Notes: generated by a model not told the origin, from the sequence alone. 32,000 bases of DNA from Anaerocolumna jejuensis DSM 15929 (GCF_900142215.1 NZ_FRAC01000026.1:44872-76871), one strand, 5' to 3'. Shown: positions 8,684-17,534, numbered from the stretch's first letter. Program-made: numbers and translations.

Positions 8684-9215
8684 TTTTCCTGTTTGTCTCC
8701 TATTTATTTTTTACTAGTATCCTGTAGTATTCAGATCTTTTATGACGCTTCAGTATATCTCTCTGTAGAATTAAGTCTGCATTGAGGATATAATGAGTGA
8801 ATCAATGCATCAATAACAAGAAAAATCTTTAAATTATATTATAACGAATTAAAAATACTATTGCAACAAAAAGAAGTCTCACGTTTACTTGACACAAGCC
8901 TTTGCATAAAGACGATGGAAAATTATCACCTCTCGGCTTTAGTATGCCCATACAATAAAAGACTAAAAGCGTATACCGTCTAAAGACGGTGGGTTTAGAC
9001 CACGCGAATGGAAACTTAATTTAGATCTGTAAAGTAACTATAAAAAAGCACATTCTCAATCTGTACCGATCTCCCAATCGTTAGATTTTGGTCTAACTTT
9101 TGGGGGTCGGTACAAATGAAAATGTACCTTTTTTGCCCTTGATTTACCAAGTGTCCCGTCCCTATAAGTTATAATTTAAGCCACAAGCAATCATGCCTGC
9201 GGCTTACCGTTTTAG

Positions 9216-9288
<73 letters not shown>

Positions 9289-9436
9289 ATATATTTAAAG
9301 AATATTTGTTGAAACTTTCATAATAGGAAGTTACTGATTATTTTAAATATATCATAAATTAATTCTATTTTCAAGTTATTTTTAATAATTACAGCAGCTT
9401 AGTATTTTATTAATAAGAGGAGCCCTCAGAATTCCG

Positions 9437-9895
9437 CTATTCACTGCTATACACCTTTATATCTGCTCTTTCAAGAGTCAGAGTATCCCAACCGGAATCC
9501 GCTATTATTTGTAAATCAAGTGAATATACCTTATTCAAATCCTTCCCGGGTGAATCCTTTGTACCTTCCTGGAAGAGATGGACGTCATAATTTCCGGTAA
9601 AGTCTTTCGGATAACCACCTCCGAGAAGCACTTGTCCATCCAGAGTATAGCTTTTAAGTCTGACCTTCTTTACCTCTTCTGTCAGGTTCCCGTTTTTATC
9701 TCTTGCATTTTTGTATTCCAAAGAAAAGGAGTCGTAATACATATTTCCCTTTTTCACTTCCGTATAGGTCGCCCGCCATTTTTCATTTTCCCCATAGAAG
9801 ATAAAGCTATTTCTGCAGTTTATTTCTCTATAATATAATACCGTAAGTATAATAGCTGCTGTCAAGGTTATCCCTGTTGCAATTTTCCATCTCAT
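9437..9895 (-). CDS. Membrane-anchored hypothetical protein
   Basis: ORF track 9437..10015. I prefer the ATG at 9895 (MRWKIATGITLTAAIILTVLYY), which follows AGGTGA. It has a single N-terminal transmembrane helix and then a soluble domain. Confidence 0.6.
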   Translation of the reverse strand: MRWKIATGITLTAAIILTVLYYREINCRNSFIFYGENEKWRATYTEVKKGNMYYDSFSLEYKNARDKNGNLTEEVKKVRLKSYTLDGQVLLGGGYPKDFTGNYDVHLFQEGTKDSPGKDLNKVYSLDLQIIADSGWDTLTLERADIKVYSSE

Positions 9896-10172
9896 CCTAT
9901 CACCTGTTATATGGGAAGGAACATTTATAAATACCGAAAAATGTTCTCCAATTTTGCTCATCTTATGTCTTATGTAACACTCCATAATTATACAGTATTT
10001 TATTGTATATGGCAATATTCATTAACTTTGATTGGCATGTTATCTCTGATTCATAAGTTATCTTTGTTTGTTAATTATTTTTGTTTGATTGCACTAAATA
10101 CTAATATCAAAAAAATCATCCCAATTCCAGCCTCTCCCACATATATTAAAATAAACTTCCAGGAGGTATGTT

Positions 10173-10439
10173 ATGCCGGGCGGTTGGAATTACCAAGCCT
10201 ATCTGACACCTTATGATGCCTACATTTTTTACCGTGCAATGAATAGTGAAGACAATTATTTTTACATTCCTCTGGCCGTGGCCACTCAGGTTGTAAACGG
10301 TACGAACTACCGCTTTTTAGCAATCGCAGAGCCAAAGGATACCAACGGTACTCCCTTTTTTTCTCTGATAGAAATCTATAAACCTCTTAATGGTGAGGCA
10401 CAGATTACAAATATCACAGCCATTGATCAATATTTATAA
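10173..10439 (+). CDS. Stefin (type-1 cystatin)-like small cytoplasmic protein
   Basis: AGGAGG lies 6 nt upstream of the ATG. The protein is 88 aa with no signal peptide. It has an N-terminal MPGG, TQVVNGTNYRF (the Q-x-V-x-G motif) and YKPLNGE (a candidate second hairpin). See the corresponding finding. Confidence 0.65.
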   Translation: MPGGWNYQAYLTPYDAYIFYRAMNSEDNYFYIPLAVATQVVNGTNYRFLAIAEPKDTNGTPFFSLIEIYKPLNGEAQITNITAIDQYL

Positions 10440-10448
10440 GGTATAATG

Positions 10449-10512
10449 AAAAGCCCCCTTGCCTTTCCAGCTGACATTCAGCAGGGAAAAAGGCAAGGGG
10501 GCTTACGGTTTT
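10449..10512. terminator. Bidirectional terminator between the stefin-like gene and metG
   Basis: A perfect 13-bp stem aagcccccttgcc/ggcaagggggctt, extended by tttcc/ggaaa and gctg/cagc, with T-runs on both strands. Confidence 0.75.
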
Positions 10513-10551
10513 AATGTCTTATTATTTATTCATTCGTACTTCTATAGCGAA

Positions 10552-12570
10552 TCATTCCCCTTCTGTAAAAGCTTCCAGCTGTCTGCTGTGCTTTTCAAAG
10601 AAATCCTCCTTGGGCTCCAGGAATTTAAGCCTGTGGCTTTCTTTTTCTGAAACCAGTTCATTCAGGGGAAGAAAGGCGTATTCCCAATTCCAAAGCTTAT
10701 TGCCAACAGCAAGGTATTCCCTGATTTTCTCGCAGCCAGTTGGAGCAATGGGATGCAGCAGCAGTACTCCGGTACGTACCCCATGAAGGGAATCAGCAAG
10801 TACCTGCTTTCTCAGGGTGTCGTTATCCGTTGTTTCCGCCGTTCTCATGTTGTTTACCCAGTATTTATTCATAAAGCGGATATAGGAATCCAGTACATAG
10901 GTAAGGCTGTGGAATTCATGGTTGTACATATGCCTTTCATAGGTAAGGATTGCCTCCTCCGATTCCTTTCTCACCTCTTCACTGATTTCATTATCCGGAA
11001 GCTTGGATTCATAATATTTCTGGGCGGTGTAGAAGCAGGAGCGAACCAGCCTGTTAAATACGTTGGTTAAGAGGTTTCCTTCCTTTAACACCGGGTCAAC
11101 TCCCTCCCTTTCCTCCTGGGGCAGATATACCTGGGGCTTAAAGCTCACACTTTTGGATGCCAGGCCCAAGCTCAGGAAGTGGATACGAAGCTGCTCGGGT
11201 GTATAATAATCAAGAAGCTCCCTGGCCATAGGAGGCTTTATGGCACTGCTGCTGCCGGCCTTTTTATCCATAAACAGGATGTGCCTGTTAGCAATAAGCT
11301 GAGGAGCAACGAATTTATCCATGTCGGCTTTTTCCCCATATTGCAGCTTAAGAGCTGAAAACAATGCCATTTCTGCATTTCCATAGAAATAGATATTGTC
11401 CTCACCGATAAACTGATATACCTTAGCCTCTTCCTTCTCCCACCAGTTCCTCCATTCCTCCTGATCCTTTCCCTGCATTTCAAGGTAAGTTCTTGTAAAG
11501 GAAATAGGTGCCCATAAGGATTCCGGCCATACCCAGAAGGTCAAATCCTTCATATCTTCCTTATCCGGTACCGGCACGCCCCATTCAATATTGCCGGACA
11601 GGCGGAATGGTACTAAGGTTTTTCCGGTACGAAAGCGTATTCCCTTTACATTTAGAACCTCTCTTGCCTTATCCCTGTCCGTTAAATCCTTCATCACATA
11701 GGTTACAGAAGCCTTGTTCTCCTCTTTTAAAAGCTCATGTTCGGGAAAAAGCCTGTTTAATTCCTCTTCTGTGGTTCCTGTTCTCTCCAATTCGCTCTTC
11801 TTTACATAAATGCAGGGGGACTTTAGGAATTCTTCAATGGTCTTTAGAATATATTTTCTCGTATTTCCCGTTCTTTCCTTTGCCACATAGTGAATCAGCC
11901 ACTCTGTACATTCCTCCAGCTTAAAATACCAGTTGGCGACCTCTCTTACTTCCGGTGTTTTGCCGGACAAGGTGCTCTTGGGGTTCAGGAGTTCACTTGG
12001 CATATACTGATGTCCAAGAGAGCATTCATCTGCATAGGCCTTTTCCGAGGCACAGCCTTCAATGGGACAGTTTCCCACGACCTGTCTTCCGTTTAAGAAT
12101 ACACCAAAGTCCGGGTCAAAAAACTGAGGCGTGGACAATTTCTCCAAAAAACCATTCTGATAGAGGGTATCGAAGATTTCCCTTGATACCTCTTTATGAA
12201 TCTCTCCGGCTCTGTCCAGGGCTGAAGCTGCATAAAGGTTCAGGCTGATTTCATAAGCAGCCAGGGTATCCTTCTGGTGGTTATGGTTTTTCCTTACATA
12301 ATCCCTAATTGTCTCCTCATAACCGGCTCCCTTTTCTTCCTTTAGTTTCCGGTAGCTTTCTAAGATAGGTGAACCGTAGCAGTCTGTGCCGGATACAAAG
12401 ATAACATTTTCTTCTCCAATCCGATCCCGTAAAAATCTTGCAAAGGTGTCCGCATGAACGAATACACCTCCAATATGTCCAAAATGCAGTTCCTTATTAC
12501 CATAGGGCATTCCAGCCGTTATGATCGCTCTTTTTGGAAATTCCGGCCTGCTTTTTTCCTTTTCCATCAT
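10552..12570 (-). CDS. metG: Methionine--tRNA ligase
   Basis: The HIGH region is PYGNKELHFGHIGG. The zinc knuckle is GNCPIEGCASEKAYADECSLGH. The layout is class-I Rossmann plus an anticodon-binding domain. An upstream T-box leader carries an AUG in the specifier position. AAGGAG lies 8 nt upstream of the ATG. Confidence 0.88.
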   Translation of the reverse strand: MMEKEKSRPEFPKRAIITAGMPYGNKELHFGHIGGVFVHADTFARFLRDRIGEENVIFVSGTDCYGSPILESYRKLKEEKGAGYEETIRDYVRKNHNHQKDTLAAYEISLNLYAASALDRAGEIHKEVSREIFDTLYQNGFLEKLSTPQFFDPDFGVFLNGRQVVGNCPIEGCASEKAYADECSLGHQYMPSELLNPKSTLSGKTPEVREVANWYFKLEECTEWLIHYVAKERTGNTRKYILKTIEEFLKSPCIYVKKSELERTGTTEEELNRLFPEHELLKEENKASVTYVMKDLTDRDKAREVLNVKGIRFRTGKTLVPFRLSGNIEWGVPVPDKEDMKDLTFWVWPESLWAPISFTRTYLEMQGKDQEEWRNWWEKEEAKVYQFIGEDNIYFYGNAEMALFSALKLQYGEKADMDKFVAPQLIANRHILFMDKKAGSSSAIKPPMARELLDYYTPEQLRIHFLSLGLASKSVSFKPQVYLPQEEREGVDPVLKEGNLLTNVFNRLVRSCFYTAQKYYESKLPDNEISEEVRKESEEAILTYERHMYNHEFHSLTYVLDSYIRFMNKYWVNNMRTAETTDNDTLRKQVLADSLHGVRTGVLLLHPIAPTGCEKIREYLAVGNKLWNWEYAFLPLNELVSEKESHRLKFLEPKEDFFEKHSRQLEAFTEGE

Positions 12571-12610
12571 AAATATTACTCCTTTTCTTTCCTAGTATTT
12601 ACTTCTAATT

Positions 12611-12725
12611 AATTTCCTATTTCAGATTATGATTTTGTCCTTCTATTTCTTTTATTTCAGATCATCCGTTTCTATGCTTCTGTTCCTTTTATTTCAGATT
12701 AACCATTTCTATTTTTAACTGTATC
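12611..12725. repeat. Three tandem imperfect 35-37 nt repeats in the metG 5' UTR
   Basis: The cores are tatttcagatta (12618-12629), ttttatttcagatca (12650-12664) and ttttatttcagatta (12687-12701). Flanking positions are also similar (ttctatttc, tttctatgc, tttctattt). Confidence 0.65.
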
Positions 12726-12793
12726 CGCTGCTCTGCTCATGTATAAGCCAACAGAATTCTAAACTGGCCCTTCTCTGTTCTTAAAAAAGGGTA

Positions 12794-13066
12794 TAAAAAA
12801 ACACCTCCTGCAATTATGATTACAGGGGCGAATCTATCGCGGTACCACCCTATTTTTATTAATATGTCACCATATTAACCTCTTTAAGTACGATCATACT
12901 CTAGTCCTGTAACGGGAACCCACGTCATAGCATCACGGTTTAGATAAACCGATCCGTATGCAGCTCCGAGGCTTGTTTCATCTTTCTTCCATTGCTCCTT
13001 CCCACCATACGGAGCTCTCTGTAAATTTCCGATAGAATACTTCCCTCTTCATAGCCTTTCCTTATT
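12794..13066 (-). promoter_or_regulatory. T-box riboswitch leader (methionine specifier) with an intrinsic terminator
   Basis: On the minus strand I read an AGAGAG box (13015-13020), a GGTGGGAA distal-loop motif, AUG followed by A at 12979-12981, the F-box CCGTTA (12910-12915) and the T-box AGGGTGGTACCGCG (12838-12851). A terminator stem CCCCTGTAAT/ATTGCAGGAGG plus a T7 run lies at 12794-12830. Confidence 0.85.
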
Positions 13067-13072
13067 GCTCTT

Positions 13073-13101
13073 AGTATATTCAGAAATTCTTTTCTTGTCA
13101 A
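13073..13101 (-). promoter_or_regulatory. Sigma-A type promoter of the T-box-metG transcript
   Basis: On the minus strand: TTGACA (13096-13101), a 17-nt spacer, then TATACT (13073-13078). Confidence 0.6.
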
Positions 13102-13163
13102 GGATTTATATAAATGTCGATTTATCCCACTATTTGTCCGTAAGACCTGCCTTTCATTAACGA

Positions 13164-13190
13164 ACTTTTTTGTAAAACTACCATATATTG
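13164..13190 (+). promoter_or_regulatory. Candidate sigma-K-type (mother-cell) promoter for spoVFA-spoVFB
   Basis: AC (13164-13165), a 16-nt spacer, then CATATATT (13182-13189). This approximates the AC-N16/17-CATAnnnTA pattern. spoVF is sigma-K dependent in Bacillus subtilis. The match is imperfect. Confidence 0.3.
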
Positions 13191-13231
13191 AAAACATCTA
13201 AAACAAATTTACATCCTGGGGAGGCTCCTTC

Positions 13232-14119
13232 ATGAAACCTAAGACTTATGATTTTGCCGTTATCGGCGGGGATTTACGGCAGGTTTATATGGCTGAGGAT
13301 TTATCATCCCGCGGTTTTTCCGTTTTACTCTACGGGCTGGAAAACCTGTGCAGCAAAGCTTATATAGAACATGCCAAATCTTTGCCCCAAGCAATAGATT
13401 CCAGCAAGGTTATTCTTACACCCATTCCTTTTACGAAAAATGGCATTCAAATCCTATCTGTGGATGCCAAGTCAGATTTAACTCCGGAAATTCTCTGCAC
13501 TCATCTTAAGAAAGGCCATAAGCTTTACGGCGGATGTTTTACCGAAAGCATTCGGGATTTCTGTGAAACAAACGAGATTTATTATAACGATTTTATGGAA
13601 GACGAAGAAATCACTCTGTTCAACACAATAGCAACAGCAGAGGGCACCATTGCCGAAGCAGTTATTAACAGCAGCGGCAATCTTCATGGAAGCTCCTGCC
13701 TCATATTAGGATATGGAAGATGTGCAAAGACCCTGGCAGAAAAATTAAAAGGTCTGTGCGGGCAGCTTACTGTCGCCGCCAGATCTCCTCTTGCTATTGC
13801 TCAGGCTAAAACTTCTTCCTTCGATGCTATGTCTCTTTCAGAGCTTACAGAAACAATATCTGAATATGACTACATTTTTAACACAATTCCTGCCCTGGTA
13901 CTGGACAGAGAGCTTTTAGAAAATACCAAACAGGATGTGGTTATCATTGATATTGCTTCCGCCCCTGGCGGTGTCGATTTCATTGCCGCAAGGGAGTTAT
14001 CCCGTAACGCCAAGCTTTGTCTTGGTCTGCCAGGTAAATATGCACCCAAAGCAAGTGCAGCCTTTTTAACCAGATATCTATTAAGCAGTTTAGGAGAACA
14101 ACAGTCCTGTCCTGTCTAA
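13232..14119 (+). CDS. spoVFA: Dipicolinate synthase subunit A
   Basis: MKPKTYDFAVIGGDLRQVYMAEDL has an N-terminal dinucleotide-binding motif. A second Rossmann motif is CLILGYGRCAKTLA. The subunit B gene follows immediately. A GGGGAGG ribosome-binding site is present. Confidence 0.88.
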   Translation: MKPKTYDFAVIGGDLRQVYMAEDLSSRGFSVLLYGLENLCSKAYIEHAKSLPQAIDSSKVILTPIPFTKNGIQILSVDAKSDLTPEILCTHLKKGHKLYGGCFTESIRDFCETNEIYYNDFMEDEEITLFNTIATAEGTIAEAVINSSGNLHGSSCLILGYGRCAKTLAEKLKGLCGQLTVAARSPLAIAQAKTSSFDAMSLSELTETISEYDYIFNTIPALVLDRELLENTKQDVVIIDIASAPGGVDFIAARELSRNAKLCLGLPGKYAPKASAAFLTRYLLSSLGEQQSCPV

Positions 14120-14154
14120 TTACAGTCCTTTGTTTCTCCGGAAGTGAGGTATTT

Positions 14155-14742
14155 ATGTCATTGCACAATAAAAACATCGGAATTGCATTAACCGGTTCCT
14201 TTTGTACCTATGATAAAACCTTTGAAGAAGTTGAAAAACTATTAAGAGAAGATGCTAATGTTTATCCTATACTTTCCTTCAACGCCCAGAAAATTGATTC
14301 CCGTTTCGGTAAGGCAGAGGATTTCCATCGCAGACTGACGGAGCTTACAGGCCATACACCCATTACCACAATAGAAGATGCGGAACCTGTGGGCCCAAAG
14401 GAAATGTTTGATATTCTGGCAATTATTCCATGTACCGGCAATACCCTTGCCAAGATGGCTGCCGGCATAACCGATACTCCTGTCTTAATGGCCGCAAAAG
14501 CTCATATCCGTAACAATAAGCCTTTGGTTATCTCGATTGCTACCAATGATGCTCTTGGCAACAATTTAAAGAATATCGGAAATCTCTTAAATCAAAAAAA
14601 TATCTATTTTGTTCCTTTTGGTCAGGATAGCCCTAACGGAAAGCCCAAATCCATGATTGCTCATACTCATCTGCTGACCTTAACCCTGGAAAGTGCCCTG
14701 GAAGGCAAACAGCTTCAGCCCGTTGTTATCAGTCCCTTCTAA
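14155..14742 (+). CDS. spoVFB: Dipicolinate synthase subunit B (flavoprotein family)
   Basis: NIGIALTGSFCTYDKTFEEVEKL and IIPCTGNTLAKMAAGITDTPV match the flavoprotein/DpaB pattern. The gene is 195 aa and lies 35 nt downstream of spoVFA. Confidence 0.88.
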   Translation: MSLHNKNIGIALTGSFCTYDKTFEEVEKLLREDANVYPILSFNAQKIDSRFGKAEDFHRRLTELTGHTPITTIEDAEPVGPKEMFDILAIIPCTGNTLAKMAAGITDTPVLMAAKAHIRNNKPLVISIATNDALGNNLKNIGNLLNQKNIYFVPFGQDSPNGKPKSMIAHTHLLTLTLESALEGKQLQPVVISPF

Positions 14743-14817
14743 AAGTCAGGGTAATTGGGGTAATTGCTATTTATTAAAGCATTTTCCAGTTATTTTATGC
14801 ATTTTCCCATATGTTAA

Positions 14818-14866
14818 GAAAAGCCTGGGCTGCAAGCTCCCCTGCAGCTCCAGGCTTTTCTCCCTT
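14818..14866. terminator. Bidirectional terminator between spoVFB and the GH16 gene
   Basis: The stem is aagcctgggctgca/tgcagc(t)ccaggctt, with T-rich flanks on both strands. Confidence 0.6.
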
Positions 14867-14871
14867 AAAGA

Positions 14872-16113
14872 TTATTGAACTCTTGTAAGATACCATTTCT
14901 GGGCATCTGTATTATTATCCGTATATTGCTGTACGGCCGCACCGTCCTCATTGGATGCATCGGACACGTCCATCACTAAACCGGTGGCCTTTGATACCAG
15001 CTTGTAATAACCGCCTCCTACACCAATAATCTTCCACCGTTGGGCATCATTTCCATTGTCCGTGCACTGTTGGAGCTGCAGACCTACGGTAGCCGCCCCG
15101 TATGGAACATCAAGAGCCTTGCCGCTGTGTACTGCTGTCAGCTTATAATATCCACCTCCCATATCATCAATGCGGAACTTCTGGTTATTGCCATTGACAT
15201 TGGTCCACTGGTGCATCTTTGCTCCGTCGTCATAGGAAACTTCTTTGACATCCAGTACTTTCCCGCTGCACTTGGCTGTCAGTGTATAGATTCCCCCACT
15301 GACAATATCCGGTGTGGTTGTCTCTGCTTTATATACTCTGACATAATCTACAAGCATCTGCGCCGGGAAAGCTGTCTGGCCGTTCGGGCTTCCCGGCCAA
15401 TTACCGCCCACCGCCAGATTTAACAGTATGAAGAAAGGTTTTTGGAATTCTTCCGTTCCTCCTGTATTATTCTGGATGTAGAATTCATTAAACTGCGCAC
15501 CGTCAACGAACCATCTGATATAATTTGCATCCCATTCAATAGCATAGGTATGGAATTGGGAGAAATCAATTGAGCCTGATACCTGCCCATAATCAGCTTG
15601 CCCGTTGGAATCCCAGTGAACCGTGCCGTTTACATATGAATTGTTATTAACACGCTCCATAATGTCGATTTCGCCGCATTTCGGCCAGCCGTCGGGGTTA
15701 ATATTATTGCCCAGCATCCAGAAAGCAGGCCATAGCCCCTGTCCGGAAGGAAGCTTAATCCTTGCTTCAATCCTGCCATAGGTAAAGCTCTTCAATCCCT
15801 GGGTCTTTATTCTTGCGGAGGTGTAGTTCATTCCCCCGTAAGCTTCATTCCTGGCCGTTATAGCAAGATTTCCGCCAGAAACTGATACATTTTGTGACCG
15901 ATTGGTATAGTATTCCAGTTCATTATTCCCCCAGCCGCCAATGCCTGTCCCAGTTTCAGCCGTCCAATTGGAGGTATCCAGACTGCTTCCGTTAAACTCA
16001 TCGCTCCAGACCAAAGACCAATTGGTTGCTGCCTCTGGTTTCACAGAAGGCAGCCAGGAAATAACAAGAGCCAAAACCAATAAAATACTTAATAATTTCC
16101 CTTTTCTTAACAT
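14872..16113 (-). CDS. Secreted GH16 beta-glucanase (laminarinase-like) with a C-terminal ricin-type beta-trefoil (CBM13-like) domain
   Basis: The signal peptide is MLRKGKLLSILLVLALVISWLP. The GH16 catalytic motif is GEIDIME. Three QxW-type repeats are present (HQWTNVNGNNQKF, QQCTDNGNDAQRW, QQYTDNNTDAQKW). Confidence 0.9.
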   Translation of the reverse strand: MLRKGKLLSILLVLALVISWLPSVKPEAATNWSLVWSDEFNGSSLDTSNWTAETGTGIGGWGNNELEYYTNRSQNVSVSGGNLAITARNEAYGGMNYTSARIKTQGLKSFTYGRIEARIKLPSGQGLWPAFWMLGNNINPDGWPKCGEIDIMERVNNNSYVNGTVHWDSNGQADYGQVSGSIDFSQFHTYAIEWDANYIRWFVDGAQFNEFYIQNNTGGTEEFQKPFFILLNLAVGGNWPGSPNGQTAFPAQMLVDYVRVYKAETTTPDIVSGGIYTLTAKCSGKVLDVKEVSYDDGAKMHQWTNVNGNNQKFRIDDMGGGYYKLTAVHSGKALDVPYGAATVGLQLQQCTDNGNDAQRWKIIGVGGGYYKLVSKATGLVMDVSDASNEDGAAVQQYTDNNTDAQKWYLTRVQ

Positions 16114-16237
16114 AATTACATCTCCTTCTCATTTATTATTTCAGACCACGCCGCGCGATCATGGTCCTGAAATCCAATAATTTGGGGAAATAGGTATTTT
16201 CAGGCTTTTTACTGATTTTACCCTCCACACATGGATT

Positions 16238-16266
16238 ATTATACACTAATTAGAATTTATTGTAAA
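16238..16266 (-). promoter_or_regulatory. Sigma-A type promoter of the GH16 gene
   Basis: On the minus strand: TTTACA (16261-16266), a 17-nt spacer, then TATAAT (16238-16243). Confidence 0.5.
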
Positions 16267-16316
16267 TGTATTCTGTTAATATATGGTATATATTTACTAT
16301 ATTTTGGCACTTCGTT

Positions 16317-16375
16317 CAAAAAAAGCAGAAAGACTGATAAGTCGCAATTCTTCCTTATCATCTTACTGCTTTTTA
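16317..16375 (-). terminator. Rho-independent terminator of the AKR-SDR operon
   Basis: On the minus strand a hairpin aaagcag..gataag/cttatc..ctgcttt is followed by a T7 run. Confidence 0.65.
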
Positions 16376-16461
16376 CTTTATTACTATTGCTTTGGGATTA
16401 TTAATTACTTATTATCAATAATTTCTATCCGGACAATTATGCAGCCTTTCGCTTTTAGCAA

Positions 16462-17478
16462 TTAACCTTTAATTGCTTTTACCGCATTATCCAGTGCATC
16501 TATTACCTTATCGCACCATCTGTCAAATACGATATCCTCTTTCTGGCATTCCGGATGGCTTAATACATAATTCACTGTCTCCTTTACCTGCTGATCAAAC
16601 CGCTTGGTACAGGTAAAGCCCGGAACCAGCCTTTTGATTTTGGAATTATCAAATACGACAGAATTGGCTTTATCTCCAATGAGTGCTCCTTTAAAATCCT
16701 CTGTACTTGCGGCATCCAAAAACTCAGAGGAAACATAGTATGGCTTCAGCTCAACTCCCAGCGCATCGGCAATTGCTTTATATATCTGATTCCAGGTAAG
16801 TGTCTCATCGGATGTAATCTGAACGGCCTCTCCAATTGCATGGATATTTCCCATTAAACCAATAAAGCCCTTTGCAAAGTCACTGTTATGGGTCATTGTC
16901 CAGAGCGAAGTGCCGTCACCCTGTATCAGGACCTTCTTCCCCTCCAGCATTCTCTTAACCACCTGATAGCTTCCATTTGCACCATGAACACCTAAGGGAA
17001 CATTCTTCTCATCATAGGTATGGCTGGGTCTTACGATGGTCACCGGGAAGCCCTCTTCCCTGTAAAGCTTCATCAGATAATCCTCACAGGCAATCTTATT
17101 TCTGGAGTATTCCCAATAAGGGTTCGCCAAGGGAGTTCCCTCCGTTATACGGAAATCCGATAAGGGTTTCTGGTAGGCTGATGCTGAGCTGATGAAGATG
17201 AACTGCTTTGTCTTTCCCTTAAACAACCGGTAATCCCTCTTAAGCTGTTCCGGTACAAAAGCGATAAAATCCGCTACCACATCAAAATCAAGGTCCTTTA
17301 TCAGCTCCGCTACTTTCTCTTCCTCGCTGATATCGGCTATCAGCTCCTTTACCTGACCGCTAAAGATATTGTTTCTGCTGCCTCTGTTAAGTAAATACAA
17401 ATCATGTCCATCCTCTGCCAGTTTCTTTGAGATGGCAGTACTTATGGTGCCTGTTCCTCCAATAAATAAAACTTTCAT
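16462..17478 (-). CDS. NAD-dependent epimerase/dehydratase family (extended SDR) protein
   Basis: MKVLFIGGTGTISTAISKKL is a GxxGxxG Rossmann motif. The active-site region is YSRNK (YxxxK). AAGGAGG lies upstream. Confidence 0.85.
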   Translation of the reverse strand: MKVLFIGGTGTISTAISKKLAEDGHDLYLLNRGSRNNIFSGQVKELIADISEEEKVAELIKDLDFDVVADFIAFVPEQLKRDYRLFKGKTKQFIFISSASAYQKPLSDFRITEGTPLANPYWEYSRNKIACEDYLMKLYREEGFPVTIVRPSHTYDEKNVPLGVHGANGSYQVVKRMLEGKKVLIQGDGTSLWTMTHNSDFAKGFIGLMGNIHAIGEAVQITSDETLTWNQIYKAIADALGVELKPYYVSSEFLDAASTEDFKGALIGDKANSVVFDNSKIKRLVPGFTCTKRFDQQVKETVNYVLSHPECQKEDIVFDRWCDKVIDALDNAVKAIKG

Positions 17479-17534
17479 CGCTTCCTCCTTGTAAGATTAA
17501 TAGTCTGAATAATTTTATCTTATAAAGCTGCTTC

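Noticed and set aside
9911-10216. 101-aa plus-strand ORF overlapping the start of the stefin-like gene
   Set aside because: It has hydrophobic low-complexity sequence and no ribosome-binding site. It spans the divergent promoter region and overlaps the better-supported CDS at 10173.
10514-12248. Several plus-strand ORFs (10514-10786, 10753-11070, 11508-11924, 11890-12096, 11955-12248) and the minus-strand ORF 11238-11483
   Set aside because: All are embedded in or antisense to metG and have proline/arginine/serine-rich compositions typical of off-frame translation.
12940-13197. 85-aa minus-strand ORF upstream of metG
   Set aside because: It overlaps the T-box leader (AGAGAG box, specifier region) and its promoter. 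The region is explained by the riboswitch, not by coding.
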